DNA of 64,000 nt from Escherichia coli (GCF_003790525.1 NZ_CP033635.1); one strand, 5' to 3'. Positions 1-12,522 are shown, numbered from the stretch's first letter. Notes: generated by a model from the sequence alone, not told the origin. Made by a program: numbers and translations.

Positions 1-48
1 TTCGTTATTACTGGCGAGAAACACGCCTTTTTCAGATAACTTGATCAT
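1..48 (-). CDS. Probable 5' end of a minus-strand CDS running off the window start (translation begins MIKLSEKGVFLASNNE); by synteny this would be ybhJ (aconitase-family protein)
   Basis: ATG at 46-48 (minus) preceded by GGAG 7 nt upstream; open frame continues to the window edge. Only 16 codons visible; the ybhJ assignment is by position only. Confidence 0.35.
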   Translation of the reverse strand, partial: MIKLSEKGVFLASNNE

Positions 49-230
49 CAAATGCTCCAGATATCTGCGCACCGTGAAGTGCGCAGAAAGATAATAAATG
101 GATATACTCTAAATAATTCGAGTTGCAGGAAGGCGACAAGCGAGTGAATCCCCAGGAGCTTACATAAGTAAGTGACTGGGGTGAGCGAACGCAGACGCAG
201 CACATGCAACTTGAAGTATGACGAGTATAT

Positions 231-1664
231 TTACAGCATGTTCCAGCCGATCAGCATATTCCACCACCACACGCCGAGGGTGATATGCACCAGGAAGGTT
301 AATATCGTCAGTACCGCACCGACCAACCACCAGGATTTAATATCGTTGTAACCCACGCCAAAGATGACCGGACCTGCCGCGCCGCCATAGTGAGTAACCA
401 TGCCGCCATAGGAGTTAGAGAACAACAGTGCCAGCGCGGTTAACATTAACGGCGCGCCGGAGACGTTCGCCAGCATGGCAAATACCGGTAACATGGCAAC
501 GATATAGGCACTACCGGAAGCGAAGAAATAACGCACGATGATGCTGAGGAAAATAATAACGAAGAAAGCAACGTTACCGTGACCATCAAATGCCAGGTTA
601 TTTTTAAAGACTTCAGCTAACCATTCGAAGAATTTAACTTTCGATAATAAGGAGCTTAAGCCGATAATACCGCCGTACCAGATTAAGGTATTCCAGCCGC
701 CTTTATTTTTAACCACGTCTTCCCAGGTAACGATACCCAGCAGCAGCATAGTCGCCATAACAACGATTGCCACGGTGGATTCATCAACCCCCAGTGACTT
801 ACTGAAAATCCAGCCCAGCAGCGCCAGCACGAAGACACCGAGCAGCATTTTTTCGCGGATTTTCATCGGTCCCAGTTCGGCAAGGCCCGCTTTGGCGATG
901 GTTTTGTTATCCACCTTCTTAATTTCTGGCGGATACATGGTGTAAATCACCAGCGGGGTGACCAGCAGCATAATGATGCCAGGCAATCCGGCGGCTAGCG
1001 CCCATCCACCCCAGCTAATTTGCAGGTGCAGAATGTCGTTGATCATTTTCAGCGCCAGAATGTTCCCCGCCATTGCGGTAAAGAACATATAGCTGGTGGT
1101 TTTGGTGACCATGTAAATGGACATCATCAGGTAATGTCCAACACGACGCGGACTTTTTTCCGGTTCTGATCCCAAAGCCACTGCCACGCTGTTGATGATC
1201 GGTAACACGATGCCGCCCGCACGCGCGGTGTTAGACGGTGTTGCCGGAGCCAGTACCAGATCGAGAAATACCGTAACGTAACCCAGACCCAGGGTAGTGC
1301 TACCAATTTTACCAATCAGCAGATAGGCAATACGTTTACCTAAGCCTGTGGTTACAAACGCGGCGCTTAAAGTAAACGCAGAAAACACCAGCCAGGTGGT
1401 ACCGGAAGAGTAACCGCTTAATACAGCGGTGGTTTTAAATTCCCCACCTGATAAGTTACCCACCACTACCATCGATGCGGCGACGGCAATTAACAGTACG
1501 ACAGGTTCCGGGAAAGGCTTGATAACCAGCCCCACAATGGCCGCCAGGTAAATACCAAAAAGCACCCACGCCAGTTCGCTTAATCCTGCTGGAGCTGGCA
1601 TAAAGCCAATAATACATGGGATTGCTAATATCAGAATTAGCTTCCATAACGATTTCTTATTCAT
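231..1664 (-). CDS. ybhI: DASS-family (divalent anion:Na+ symporter) inner-membrane transporter, 477 aa
   Basis: Full-length ORF, highly hydrophobic, recognised as E. coli YbhI by sequence and length; synteny with ybhH. Confidence 0.9.
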   Translation of the reverse strand: MNKKSLWKLILILAIPCIIGFMPAPAGLSELAWVLFGIYLAAIVGLVIKPFPEPVVLLIAVAASMVVVGNLSGGEFKTTAVLSGYSSGTTWLVFSAFTLSAAFVTTGLGKRIAYLLIGKIGSTTLGLGYVTVFLDLVLAPATPSNTARAGGIVLPIINSVAVALGSEPEKSPRRVGHYLMMSIYMVTKTTSYMFFTAMAGNILALKMINDILHLQISWGGWALAAGLPGIIMLLVTPLVIYTMYPPEIKKVDNKTIAKAGLAELGPMKIREKMLLGVFVLALLGWIFSKSLGVDESTVAIVVMATMLLLGIVTWEDVVKNKGGWNTLIWYGGIIGLSSLLSKVKFFEWLAEVFKNNLAFDGHGNVAFFVIIFLSIIVRYFFASGSAYIVAMLPVFAMLANVSGAPLMLTALALLFSNSYGGMVTHYGGAAGPVIFGVGYNDIKSWWLVGAVLTILTFLVHITLGVWWWNMLIGWNML

Positions 1665-1739
1665 TTAATATCCTGTTCTTTCTGTATGACTCATACAGAA
1701 TTCCTTTATTGATTGTCATTATCACGACAACAAAATTTT

Positions 1740-2792
1740 TCAGGGAAGATAAACTTCACCGGAAAATATTTTTCTGGTCGTCCGAATAACAGATGCGCGT
1801 AACGTCGTGGCATCCTGACCTTCATTACTTAAATGAACGTCGAGCGCACCACTGGGGTGTTCAATATTGATATTGCCGTATCCTACAGAAGGGACGATTT
1901 GTCGGGTGACGGTGCCTTCCAATGCACAACTACTGGAAATAGCAATAGCACCGGTTATCGCCAAAGCGCGATGGCAAGAATGCGGCATAAAATAACGCAC
2001 ATTAATTGCCCCGCCTTTCTGCGCTGGAGAAATAAGTACAGGTTTAGGGATAACCATATTACTGACATCGCCTAAGCCCATTGCTTTACCCGCTTGTAGA
2101 CGGATAGATTCAATGCGGGCTAATAATGCTTTGTCGGCATCCAGCTCTGCCGGTAATTCATAGCCTGTTTTTCCCAGATATTCAGCAGGAATAATGACAA
2201 TTGGCATCGCCATATCGATACAGGTCACCGGGACATCGTCAAAATAATCAATCTGATTATCTGTCGGGAAGACTTTTCCGGTTTTCGTTCCGGCGGCATT
2301 CAGGAAAGTGAGCGCAACCGGTGCGGCAGTACCCGGTACGCCGTCAATTCTGGCGCTACCCTCGTACTCGACAACACCATTTGGCGTTTGCACATCAGCT
2401 TCGATGAACGTACCCGTATTGACGTTGCGGATACGTACGCGGGTAACTGGCGAAGTCGCTGCAATCAAACCATTTTCAATGGCGAATGCCCCAACGCCAG
2501 ACAGCATATTGCCGCAGTTAGGCGTGGTATCGACACGTTGCTCATGGACGATAACTTGAGCAAACAGATAATCGACATCTGCATGCGGATCGCTGGAGCG
2601 GCTAATAATGGCGACTTTACTGGTCAGCGGATTACCGCCGCCAATACCGTCAATTTCCAGATCGTTACCGGAACCCATAATTGCCATCAATATTTTATCG
2701 CGCTGCGTTTGATCTTCGGGTAGATGTTCCGCTAACAGGAACGCGCCCCTCGAGGTTCCACCTCGCATCATCACGCAGGGTATTTTTTTCAT
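1740..2792 (-). CDS. ybhH: PrpF/AcnD-accessory family putative isomerase, 350 aa
   Basis: ORF length and N-terminus (MKKIPCVMMRGGTSRGAFLL) match E. coli YbhH. Confidence 0.88.
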   Translation of the reverse strand: MKKIPCVMMRGGTSRGAFLLAEHLPEDQTQRDKILMAIMGSGNDLEIDGIGGGNPLTSKVAIISRSSDPHADVDYLFAQVIVHEQRVDTTPNCGNMLSGVGAFAIENGLIAATSPVTRVRIRNVNTGTFIEADVQTPNGVVEYEGSARIDGVPGTAAPVALTFLNAAGTKTGKVFPTDNQIDYFDDVPVTCIDMAMPIVIIPAEYLGKTGYELPAELDADKALLARIESIRLQAGKAMGLGDVSNMVIPKPVLISPAQKGGAINVRYFMPHSCHRALAITGAIAISSSCALEGTVTRQIVPSVGYGNINIEHPSGALDVHLSNEGQDATTLRASVIRTTRKIFSGEVYLP

Positions 2793-2975
2793 AATAATGC
2801 CCTCAATTTAAAAACATAACTTATTGCGATATGGTTACATTAAGGGCAAAGCATCTCTAATGACTTTAGCTCAACGATTAATAACATTTTTTCATTAATT
2901 TAAGTTGGTTAAATGCAGTTAAAATTTTTAACGGTCAGCCACCCAAAATCGACGCTTCCATTTTCCGGAGTAATA

Positions 2976-3929
2976 ATGAAGCATGAATTATCAAGTATGA
3001 AGGCATTTGTCATACTGGCAGAGTCCAGTTCATTTAACAATGCCGCTAAATTACTCAATATTACGCAACCTGCATTAACGCGAAGAATAAAAAAGATGGA
3101 GGAAGATTTACATATCCAACTATTTGAGCGTACAACTCGCAAGGTTACGTTAACAAAAGCAGGAAAAAGATTGCTCCCGGAGGCGCGGGAATTAATAAAG
3201 AAATTCGATGAAACGATTTTTAATATTCGTGATATGAATGCTTATCATCGTGGTATGGTGACATTAGCGTGTATTCCGACCGCAGTATTTTATTTTTTAC
3301 CGCTGGCAATCGGTAAATTTAATGAGCTGTATCCCAATATTAAAGTGCGGATTCTGGAACAAGGCACGAATAATTGCATGGAATCGGTGCTGTGTAACGA
3401 ATCAGACTTTGGCATAAACATGAACAACGTCACAAATTCATCCATCGATTTTACCCCACTGGTCAACGAGCCGTTCGTGCTGGCCTGTCGGCGTGACCAT
3501 CCATTGGCCAAAAAGCAGCTTGTAGAATGGCAGGAGTTAGTGGGTTACAAAATGATTGGCGTACGCTCCTCCAGCGGCAACCGACTGTTGATAGAACAAC
3601 AGCTAGCCGACAAGCCCTGGAAGCTGGACTGGTTTTACGAAGTGCGTCATCTTTCGACGTCATTAGGACTGGTGGAGGCAGGACTGGGGATTTCGGCGCT
3701 TCCAGGCCTGGCAATGCCCCATGCGCCCTATTCTTCGATTATTGGTATCCCACTGGTGGAACCCGTTATACGTCGGACATTGGGGATTATTCGCCGCAAA
3801 GATGCCGTGCTTTCTCCGGCAGCTGAACGCTTTTTTGCCTTGCTGATTAATTTGTGGACTGACGATAAAGACAATTTGTGGACCAATATCGTCGAACGCC
3901 AGAGACATGCGTTACAGGAGATAGGTTAA
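2976..3929 (+). CDS. ybhD: LysR-type transcriptional regulator, 317 aa
   Basis: LysR HTH motif (NITQPALTRRIKKMEEDL) near the N-terminus. The ORF track starts at 2913, but the internal Met at 2976 gives the 317 aa K-12 length; divergent from ybhH. Confidence 0.85.
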   Translation: MKHELSSMKAFVILAESSSFNNAAKLLNITQPALTRRIKKMEEDLHIQLFERTTRKVTLTKAGKRLLPEARELIKKFDETIFNIRDMNAYHRGMVTLACIPTAVFYFLPLAIGKFNELYPNIKVRILEQGTNNCMESVLCNESDFGINMNNVTNSSIDFTPLVNEPFVLACRRDHPLAKKQLVEWQELVGYKMIGVRSSSGNRLLIEQQLADKPWKLDWFYEVRHLSTSLGLVEAGLGISALPGLAMPHAPYSSIIGIPLVEPVIRRTLGIIRRKDAVLSPAAERFFALLINLWTDDKDNLWTNIVERQRHALQEIG

Positions 3930-3969
3930 TACACCGGCGCAGGAGAGACTGCGCCGGGTAAATCAGCGG

Positions 3970-5001
<1,032 letters not shown>

Positions 5002-5119
5002 CTAAAATTAGTCGCTTTTGGCGGTGAATGCTGAATTAAAACGCAGAATTTTGTCCGATAGTGGTATCGGTGTACCATTCGCGCAGACGAAAATTCTTAA
5101 CCTTAATCTGGAATACGCC

Positions 5120-5938
5120 ATGACCACACGCGTGATTGCTCTCGACTTAGACGGCACCTTATTGACCCCGAAAAAGACCCTGCTTCCTTCATCGATAGAA
5201 GCCCTGGCCCGTGCTCGCGAAGCAGGCTATCGATTAATCATCGTCACAGGTCGCCATCACGTCGCTATTCATCCTTTTTATCAGGCGCTGGCGCTGGATA
5301 CACCTGCTATTTGCTGTAATGGCACCTATTTGTATGATTATCATGCAAAAACCGTGCTGGAAGCGGACCCAATGCCCGTTAATAAAGCCCTGCAACTCAT
5401 TGAGATGCTGAATGAACACCACATTCACGGTCTGATGTATGTCGATGATGCAATGGTCTATGAGCACCCGACCGGGCATGTCATTCGCACGTCTAACTGG
5501 GCGCAAACCCTGCCGCCGGAACAGCGTCCGACTTTCACACAAGTCGCTTCTCTGGCTGAAACGGCGCAACAAGTTAACGCCGTATGGAAGTTCGCCCTGA
5601 CGCACGACGACCTGCCGCAATTGCAGCATTTTGGTAAGCATGTCGAACATGAACTGGGACTGGAGTGTGAATGGTCCTGGCACGATCAGGTTGATATTGC
5701 ACGCGGCGGCAACAGCAAAGGTAAACGTTTGACGAAATGGGTTGAGGCGCAAGGCTGGTCGATGGAAAACGTCGTGGCGTTCGGCGATAACTTCAATGAT
5801 ATTAGTATGCTGGAAGCCGCTGGTACAGGCGTGGCGATGGGCAACGCCGATGACGCAGTAAAAGCGCGCGCCAACATTGTGATTGGTGAGAACACCACCG
5901 ACAGCATTGCCCAGTTCATTTATAGCCACCTGATTTAA
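5120..5938 (+). CDS. ybhA: HAD-superfamily (Cof-like) pyridoxal phosphate/sugar phosphatase, 272 aa
   Basis: HAD motif I (IALDLDGTLL) directly after the Met at 5120; the ORF track's upstream extension is not used. Confidence 0.88.
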   Translation: MTTRVIALDLDGTLLTPKKTLLPSSIEALARAREAGYRLIIVTGRHHVAIHPFYQALALDTPAICCNGTYLYDYHAKTVLEADPMPVNKALQLIEMLNEHHIHGLMYVDDAMVYEHPTGHVIRTSNWAQTLPPEQRPTFTQVASLAETAQQVNAVWKFALTHDDLPQLQHFGKHVEHELGLECEWSWHDQVDIARGGNSKGKRLTKWVEAQGWSMENVVAFGDNFNDISMLEAAGTGVAMGNADDAVKARANIVIGENTTDSIAQFIYSHLI

Positions 5939-6997
5939 TCAGGCGGTTATCGACACACTTTTAATTTGCGCGTACAGCCACAGGCCTGGTTTGATCGCCA
6001 GTTCATCCCTGGCCCACGGGCTGATACGCGCCCACAGCGTTTTACCGCCGACTTCCAGCTCCACTTCCACCTGGCCGTTGTCGTCATAACTATTAACAAC
6101 TTTTGCCCGCAATACGTTACGAATGCTGGTTTGCTGCGGCGGTTGTAAAACCAGAGAAACATCGGAAGCCTGAATGCGGATACGTAGCGCAGCTTGCAGC
6201 GGTTCGTCCAGCTTATTGACCCACAAATGCTGATCGCCCAGCGCCAGCGCGGTCATCGCGTAATGCGGATGATGCTCAAGCACCGTCACTTTCAGAATGC
6301 TACTTTGTTGCTCTTTCGGCAGCCACGGATTCATCACGCTACTGCCCCACACTTCTTCCAGCGCGCCAAAGGCTTTCACCTGACCGTTTTCCAGTACCAT
6401 CACTCTGTCTGCCAGATGGAGGATCTCATCCAGCGAATGGCTGACATACAACATCGGAATGTTGATTTCCCGCGTCAGACGTTGCAGATAAGGCAACAGT
6501 TCGCGTTTACGCGGAATATCCAGTGACGCCAGCGGTTCATCCAGCAACAGCAATTCCGGTGCTGTCAGCAAAGCCCGACCAATCGCCACGCGCTGTTTTT
6601 CGCCTCCGGACAGGCTGCCTGGTAAACGATCAAGCAACGGTTCAATGCCTAAAAGCGCCACCAGCTTATCGAACTGATCGACCATGCTTTTCGCCATGCC
6701 GTAGCGCAGATTGCCACGCACTTTGTAATGCGGGAACAGCCGCGCATCCTGAAACACATAGCCTACGCGACGCTTTTCTGGCGTCAGGCAGATACCTTTA
6801 TCGGCGTCATTTAGTACCCGACCATTGAGGACAATCCGCCCTTTTTGCGGGCGCGTCAGCCCACTGATGGCGTTAATCAGCGAGGTTTTTCCGGCACCAG
6901 AGACACCAAAAATAGCGGTGATGCCATTGGCGGGCAGCGTTTCATTAATCGTCAGGCAATGGTTGCCCAACGTCTGGGAAAAATTCAGTTCCAGCAT
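5939..6997 (-). CDS. modC: Molybdate ABC transporter ATP-binding protein, 352 aa
   Basis: Walker A (GVSGAGKTS), ABC signature ([15 protein letters not shown]); operon modABC. Confidence 0.95.
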   Translation of the reverse strand: MLELNFSQTLGNHCLTINETLPANGITAIFGVSGAGKTSLINAISGLTRPQKGRIVLNGRVLNDADKGICLTPEKRRVGYVFQDARLFPHYKVRGNLRYGMAKSMVDQFDKLVALLGIEPLLDRLPGSLSGGEKQRVAIGRALLTAPELLLLDEPLASLDIPRKRELLPYLQRLTREINIPMLYVSHSLDEILHLADRVMVLENGQVKAFGALEEVWGSSVMNPWLPKEQQSSILKVTVLEHHPHYAMTALALGDQHLWVNKLDEPLQAALRIRIQASDVSLVLQPPQQTSIRNVLRAKVVNSYDDNGQVEVELEVGGKTLWARISPWARDELAIKPGLWLYAQIKSVSITA

Positions 6998-6999
6998 GA

Positions 7000-7689
7000 T
7001 TAGCGCCCCGCCCGTTCACGGCTGATTCTGGCCAGCCATTCTGAAATCAACAGGGAGATCATCGCCAGCGCAATAGAAATAATACACAGTCTCGCCGCGC
7101 CACTTTCCCCACCTGGGGTCTGGATCAGGGTATACATAGCAGAAGGAATGGTTCGCGTTTCACCAGGAATGTTCGACACAAAGGTGATGGTTGCGCCAAA
7201 TTCACCGAGCGAACGAGCGAATGCCAGTACCGTACCAACAATAATTCCCGGCAACGTCAGCGGTAAGGTAATAGTGAAGAAGACACGCCAGCGCCCGGCA
7301 CCCAACGTTCTTGCGGCCTGCTCCAGTTTGATATCAACACCTTCCAGCGCCAGACGAATCGCCCGCACCATCAGCGGAAAAGACATGACAGCGGCAGCGA
7401 GAACCGCACCACGCCAGCTAAACGCGAAAGAAAGACCAAACCAGTCATACAGACGTTCACCGATAAATCCGCGCCGTCCCATCGAAACTAATAATAGGTA
7501 ACCGACGACCACGGGCGGTAACACCAGCGGTAGATGCAGTACGCTGTCGAGCAGAGCTTTGCCCGGAAACGTGCAACGCACCAGTAACCAGGCAAAAAAG
7601 ATCCCAAACGGCAGGCTAAACAGCACAGCCAGGGAAGAAACTTTCAGGCTTAGTAAAACCGCCTGCCATTCTGGATCGGTCAGTATCAT
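7000..7689 (-). CDS. modB: Molybdate ABC transporter permease, 229 aa
   Basis: Polytopic membrane ORF between modA and modC. Confidence 0.95.
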   Translation of the reverse strand: MILTDPEWQAVLLSLKVSSLAVLFSLPFGIFFAWLLVRCTFPGKALLDSVLHLPLVLPPVVVGYLLLVSMGRRGFIGERLYDWFGLSFAFSWRGAVLAAAVMSFPLMVRAIRLALEGVDIKLEQAARTLGAGRWRVFFTITLPLTLPGIIVGTVLAFARSLGEFGATITFVSNIPGETRTIPSAMYTLIQTPGGESGAARLCIISIALAMISLLISEWLARISRERAGR

Positions 7690-8462
7690 TACTTGGTTGT
7701 AAATCCGTAACGTTTAAAGATTTCCGCTGCCTGCGGTCCCTTCAGATAATCATAAAATGCTTTCACTGTCGCATTGTTATGCCCTTCCACAACAGCAACC
7801 GGATATTCCACTTTTTTATGTGAATCTTCCGGGAAGGTGGCAACCACTTTTACCCCTTTGCTGGCAACTGCGTCAGAACCGTAAACAATACCCAGCGGCG
7901 CTTCATTGCGTTCGACCAACGCCAGCGCGCCACGAACATCTTCCGCCGGAGCCAGTTTCGGGGAGAGCGTATCCCATGCGCCCAGTTTTTGCAGTGCTTC
8001 TTTCGCATAAATGCCAGCAGGGACATGTTCCGGATCACCAACCGCGAGGCGACCGCCATTCAGCAGCGAAGTCCAGTTGGTTTTGCTGTCGATGGTGAAA
8101 TCTTTCTGCTCGCTGGCTTTCGGTGCTACAACGACCAGGCTATTGCCGAGCAGTGTCTGGCGCGAAGCCGTATCGATCGCTTTTTTATCAACCGCATAAT
8201 CCATCCATTTCTGATCGGCAGAAATAAACAGATCCGCAGGCGCACCCGCTTCAATCTGACGGGCCAAAGTAGATGACGAAGCGAAAGAAGAAACCACATC
8301 CACGCCTTTCTCTTTTTTATACTGCGTAGCAATGTCCTGCATTGCGTTAGTCAGTGATGCGGCGGCGAACACCGTGATTTTCCCTTCATCTGCCAGTGCA
8401 TTGCCAGCAACAGCGAAAGAGAGCGCCGCCCCGGTAAACAAGTTCAACCATTTACGAGCCAT
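7689..8462 (-). CDS. modA: Periplasmic molybdate-binding protein, 257 aa
   Basis: Signal peptide followed by a periplasmic binding-protein fold; first gene of modABC. Confidence 0.95.
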   Translation of the reverse strand: MARKWLNLFTGAALSFAVAGNALADEGKITVFAAASLTNAMQDIATQYKKEKGVDVVSSFASSSTLARQIEAGAPADLFISADQKWMDYAVDKKAIDTASRQTLLGNSLVVVAPKASEQKDFTIDSKTNWTSLLNGGRLAVGDPEHVPAGIYAKEALQKLGAWDTLSPKLAPAEDVRGALALVERNEAPLGIVYGSDAVASKGVKVVATFPEDSHKKVEYPVAVVEGHNNATVKAFYDYLKGPQAAEIFKRYGFTTK

Positions 8463-8467
8463 TGGTA

Positions 8468-8512
8468 ACCCCTTAATCTAACGTTATGTAGGCGTCAATA
8501 TAACGGCAAGTT
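8468..8512 (-). promoter_or_regulatory. modA promoter / probable ModE operator
   Basis: Minus-strand sequence immediately upstream of modA reads CGTTATATTGACGCCTACATAACGTTAGATTAAGG, resembling the ModE-bound modA operator recalled from the literature. Exact footprint not verified. Confidence 0.45.
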
Positions 8513-8628
8513 CGGAATTTTCCCAGCAGTTATTGCTAACCTTTGTGAGGTAGATGAGAAAAAATATCGGCAGGAAAAGCAGGAAGTTGAGAAAAAGAAA
8601 ATGCCCGACTAAGCGGGCATTCAGGGAA

Positions 8629-8796
<168 letters not shown>

Positions 8797-8906
8797 TCAT
8801 GAGACTATTCTAACCGCTAAGCACAGAAAAGCACTCCCCTTTTGTGCGGTCAGCTTTGCGTGGCGTTCGTTTTCCGTCACAATAAGACTTTTGCCAGGAT
8901 ATTGTT

Positions 8907-9695
8907 ATGCAGGCCGAAATCCTTCTCACCCTTAAGCTCCAAGAAAAATTATTCGCCGACCCGCGCCGCATTTCGCTACTAAAACACATTGCGCTTTCCG
9001 GTTCCATTAGCCAGGGAGCGAAAGATGCCGGTATCAGCTATAAAAGCGCCTGGGATGCCATTAACGAAATGAATCAGTTAAGTGAGCATATTCTGGTCGA
9101 GCGCGCAACAGGCGGTAAAGGTGGCGGCGGCGCAGTACTGACCCGCTATGGTCAGCGACTGATTCAGCTCTATGACTTACTGGCGCAAATCCAGCAAAAA
9201 GCCTTTGATGTGTTAAGTGACGATGACGCCCTGCCGCTGAACAGCCTGCTGGCCGCGATCTCACGTTTTTCACTGCAAACCAGCGCCCGTAACCAGTGGT
9301 TCGGTACCATCACCGCCCGCGATCATGATGACGTTCAACAGCATGTTGATGTCTTACTGGCTGATGGAAAAACACGCCTGAAAGTCGCAATTACCGCACA
9401 AAGCGGCGCACGTCTGGGGCTGGATGAAGGCAAAGAAGTGTTGATATTGCTAAAAGCGCCGTGGGTAGGGATTACTCAGGACGAGGCGGTCGCGCAAAAC
9501 GCTGACAACCAATTACCGGGTATTATTAGTCATATTGAGCGCGGCGCAGAGCAGTGCGAAGTATTAATGGCGCTACCCGACGGGCAAACACTGTGCGCCA
9601 CAGTGCCGGTAAATGAAGCGACTTCTCTTCAGCAAGGACAGAATGTCACGGCCTACTTTAATGCCGACAGCGTGATTATCGCCACGCTGTGCTAA
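8907..9695 (+). CDS. modE: Molybdate-responsive transcriptional regulator, 262 aa
   Basis: Full-length match to ModE; divergent from modABC. Confidence 0.95.
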   Translation: MQAEILLTLKLQEKLFADPRRISLLKHIALSGSISQGAKDAGISYKSAWDAINEMNQLSEHILVERATGGKGGGGAVLTRYGQRLIQLYDLLAQIQQKAFDVLSDDDALPLNSLLAAISRFSLQTSARNQWFGTITARDHDDVQQHVDVLLADGKTRLKVAITAQSGARLGLDEGKEVLILLKAPWVGITQDEAVAQNADNQLPGIISHIERGAEQCEVLMALPDGQTLCATVPVNEATSLQQGQNVTAYFNADSVIIATLC

Positions 9696-9762
9696 GCGTG
9701 TTGACAATTTGTTATGAAACACGTATCCCTGTCAGTAATCGCTGCACAAAATGGGATATAAA

Positions 9763-11235
9763 ATGTCATCGTTGCAAATTTTGCAAGGCACGTTTCGTCT
9801 TGGCGACACAAAAACGCTGCAATTGCCTCGGCTAACGTTAAACGCGGGTGATAGTTGGGCGTTTGTCGGTTCGAATGGAAGCGGGAAATCGGCGCTGGCC
9901 CGCGCGCTGTCGGGGGAACTTCCGCTTTTGAAAGGTGAACGGCAAAGCCAGTTTTCCCACATCACTCGTCTCTCCTTCGAGCAATTGCAAAAGCTCGTCA
10001 GCGACGAATGGCAGCGGAATAACACCGATATGCTTAGTCCTGGCGAAGATGACACCGGGCGTACCACGGCTGAGATCATTCAGGATGAAGTAAAGGATAC
10101 TCCGCGTTGCATGCAACTGGCGCAGCAGTTCGGTATTACCGCCCTCCTCGACCGACGCTTTAAATACCTTTCCACTGGCGAGACGCGAAAAACCCTGCTG
10201 TGTCAGGCGCTGATGTCGGAGCCTGACTTGTTGATTCTTGATGAGCCGTTCGATGGCCTGGATGTTGCCTCACGTCAGCAGCTGGCTGAGCTACTCGCCT
10301 CGTTACATCAGTCCGGTATTACTCTGGTACTGGTGCTCAATCGCTTCGATGAGATCCCAGAATTTGTCCAGTTTGCTGGCGTGCTGGCGGATTGTACGTT
10401 AGCGGAAACTGGCGCTAAAGAGGAACTGCTCCAGCAAGCACTCGTCGCGCAACTGGCACATAGCGAACAGCTTGAAGGTGTGCAAATGCCGGAGCCGGAT
10501 GAACCTTCAGCACGTCACGCCTTACCCGCCAACGAACCGCGCATTGTGCTGAACAATGGAGTGGTTTCTTATAACGAACGCCCCATTCTTAATAACCTTA
10601 GCTGGCAGGTGAATCCAGGCGAACACTGGCAAATTGTCGGGCCAAATGGCGCGGGAAAATCGACGTTATTAAGCCTGATTACTGGCGATCATCCGCAAGG
10701 TTACAGCAACGATTTGACGCTTTTCGGACGACGTCGCGGCAGCGGCGAAACCATCTGGGATATCAAAAAGCATATCGGTTACGTCAGCAGTAGTTTGCAT
10801 CTGGATTACCGGGTCAGCACTACTGTGCGTAATGTGATCCTTTCTGGCTATTTTGATTCGATTGGCATTTATCAGGCCGTATCGGATCGCCAGCAAAAAC
10901 TGGTGCAGCAGTGGCTGGATATTCTCGGCATTGATAAACGCACGGCTGACGCTCCTTTCCATAGTCTTTCCTGGGGACAGCAGCGTCTGGCGCTGATCGT
11001 CCGTGCGCTAGTGAAACATCCGACATTGCTTATTCTCGATGAACCACTACAGGGGCTTGATCCGCTCAATCGCCAGCTTATCCGCCGTTTTGTTGATGTG
11101 CTGATTAGCGAAGGTGAAACGCAATTGTTGTTTGTTTCGCACCACGCTGAAGATGCGCCTGCCTGTATTACCCATCGTCTGGAGTTCGTGCCGGACGGTG
11201 ACTTTTATCGCTATGCGCTGACAAAAATAAACTGA
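9763..11235 (+). CDS. modF: ABC-type ATPase with two nucleotide-binding domains, 490 aa
   Basis: Two Walker A motifs (GSNGSGKS, GPNGAGKS). Start taken at the MSSLQ Met to match the K-12 length. Confidence 0.9.
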   Translation: MSSLQILQGTFRLGDTKTLQLPRLTLNAGDSWAFVGSNGSGKSALARALSGELPLLKGERQSQFSHITRLSFEQLQKLVSDEWQRNNTDMLSPGEDDTGRTTAEIIQDEVKDTPRCMQLAQQFGITALLDRRFKYLSTGETRKTLLCQALMSEPDLLILDEPFDGLDVASRQQLAELLASLHQSGITLVLVLNRFDEIPEFVQFAGVLADCTLAETGAKEELLQQALVAQLAHSEQLEGVQMPEPDEPSARHALPANEPRIVLNNGVVSYNERPILNNLSWQVNPGEHWQIVGPNGAGKSTLLSLITGDHPQGYSNDLTLFGRRRGSGETIWDIKKHIGYVSSSLHLDYRVSTTVRNVILSGYFDSIGIYQAVSDRQQKLVQQWLDILGIDKRTADAPFHSLSWGQQRLALIVRALVKHPTLLILDEPLQGLDPLNRQLIRRFVDVLISEGETQLLFVSHHAEDAPACITHRLEFVPDGDFYRYALTKIN

Positions 11236-11402
11236 GTCGGTAGTGCTGACCGTGCCGGAGGCGGCGTAAACGTGTTATCCGGCCAACGGTTTGACGCATG
11301 CAGGCATGAAACCGCGTCTTTTTTTCAGATAAAAAGTGCAATCATTCATAAACCCTCTGTTTTATAATCACTTAATCGCGCATAAAAAACGGCTAAATTC
11401 TT

Positions 11403-11418
11403 GTGTAAACGATTCCAC
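11403..11418 (+). promoter_or_regulatory. gal operator OE (GalR/GalS site)
   Basis: Exact GTGTAAACGATTCCAC upstream of the gal P1/P2 -10 region (TATGCTATGGTTATTTCATACC). Confidence 0.85.
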
Positions 11419-11496
11419 TAATTTATTCCATGTCACACTTTTCGCATCTTTGTTATGCTATGGTTATTTCATACCATAAGCCTAATGGAGCGAATT

Positions 11497-12513
11497 ATGA
11501 GAGTTCTGGTTACCGGTGGTAGCGGTTACATTGGAAGTCATACCTGTGTGCAATTACTGCAAAACGGTCATGATGTCATCATTCTTGATAACCTCTGTAA
11601 CAGTAAGCGCAGCGTACTGCCTGTTATCGAGCGTTTAGGCGGCAAACATCCAACGTTTGTTGAAGGCGATATCCGTAACGAAGCGTTGATGACCGAGATC
11701 CTGCACGATCACGCTATCGACACCGTGATCCACTTCGCCGGGCTGAAAGCCGTTGGCGAATCGGTACAAAAACCGCTTGAATATTACGACAACAATGTCA
11801 ACGGTACTCTGCGCCTGATTAGCGCCATGCGCGCCGCTAACGTCAAAAACTTTATCTTTAGCTCCTCCGCCACCGTTTATGGCGATCAGCCCAAAATTCC
11901 ATATGTTGAAAGCTTCCCGACCGGCACACCGCAAAGCCCTTACGGCAAAAGCAAGCTGATGGTGGAACAGATCCTCACCGATCTGCAAAAAGCCCAGCCG
12001 GACTGGAGCATTGCCCTGCTGCGCTACTTCAACCCAGTTGGCGCGCATCCGTCGGGCGATATGGGCGAAGATCCGCAAGGCATTCCGAATAACCTGATGC
12101 CATACATCGCCCAGGTTGCTGTAGGCCGTCGCGACTCGCTGGCGATTTTTGGTAACGATTATCCGACCGAAGACGGTACTGGCGTGCGCGATTACATCCA
12201 CGTAATGGATCTGGCGGACGGTCACGTCGTAGCGATGGAAAAACTGGCGAACAAGCCAGGCGTACACATCTACAACCTCGGCGCTGGCGTGGGCAGCAGC
12301 GTGCTGGACGTGGTTAATGCCTTCAGCAAAGCCTGCGGCAAACCGGTTAATTATCATTTTGCACCGCGTCGCGAGGGCGACCTTCCGGCCTACTGGGCGG
12401 ACGCCAGCAAAGCCGACCGTGAACTGAACTGGCGCGTAACGCGCACACTCGATGAAATGGCGCAGGACACCTGGCACTGGCAGTCACGCCATCCACAGGG
12501 ATATCCCGATTAA
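11497..12513 (+). CDS. galE: UDP-glucose 4-epimerase, 338 aa
   Basis: MRVLVTGGSGYIGSH Rossmann N-terminus. Start is the internal Met at 11497, not the ORF-track start. Confidence 0.96.
   Translation: MRVLVTGGSGYIGSHTCVQLLQNGHDVIILDNLCNSKRSVLPVIERLGGKHPTFVEGDIRNEALMTEILHDHAIDTVIHFAGLKAVGESVQKPLEYYDNNVNGTLRLISAMRAANVKNFIFSSSATVYGDQPKIPYVESFPTGTPQSPYGKSKLMVEQILTDLQKAQPDWSIALLRYFNPVGAHPSGDMGEDPQGIPNNLMPYIAQVAVGRRDSLAIFGNDYPTEDGTGVRDYIHVMDLADGHVVAMEKLANKPGVHIYNLGAGVGSSVLDVVNAFSKACGKPVNYHFAPRREGDLPAYWADASKADRELNWRVTRTLDEMAQDTWHWQSRHPQGYPD
11516..11531 (+). promoter_or_regulatory. gal operator OI (internal GalR site within galE)
   Basis: Exact GTGGTAGCGGTTACAT about 20 nt into the galE coding region. 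Confidence 0.85.
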
Positions 12514-12522
12514 GGAACGACC

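Noticed and set aside
63..84. Perfect 8-bp stem hairpin (CTGCGCAC-cgtgaa-GTGCGCAG) between ybhI and the putative ybhJ start
   Set aside because: It has no adjacent U-tract on either strand, so it is not a convincing intrinsic terminator. It may be a REP-like or mRNA-stabilising structure, but I cannot assign a function from sequence alone.
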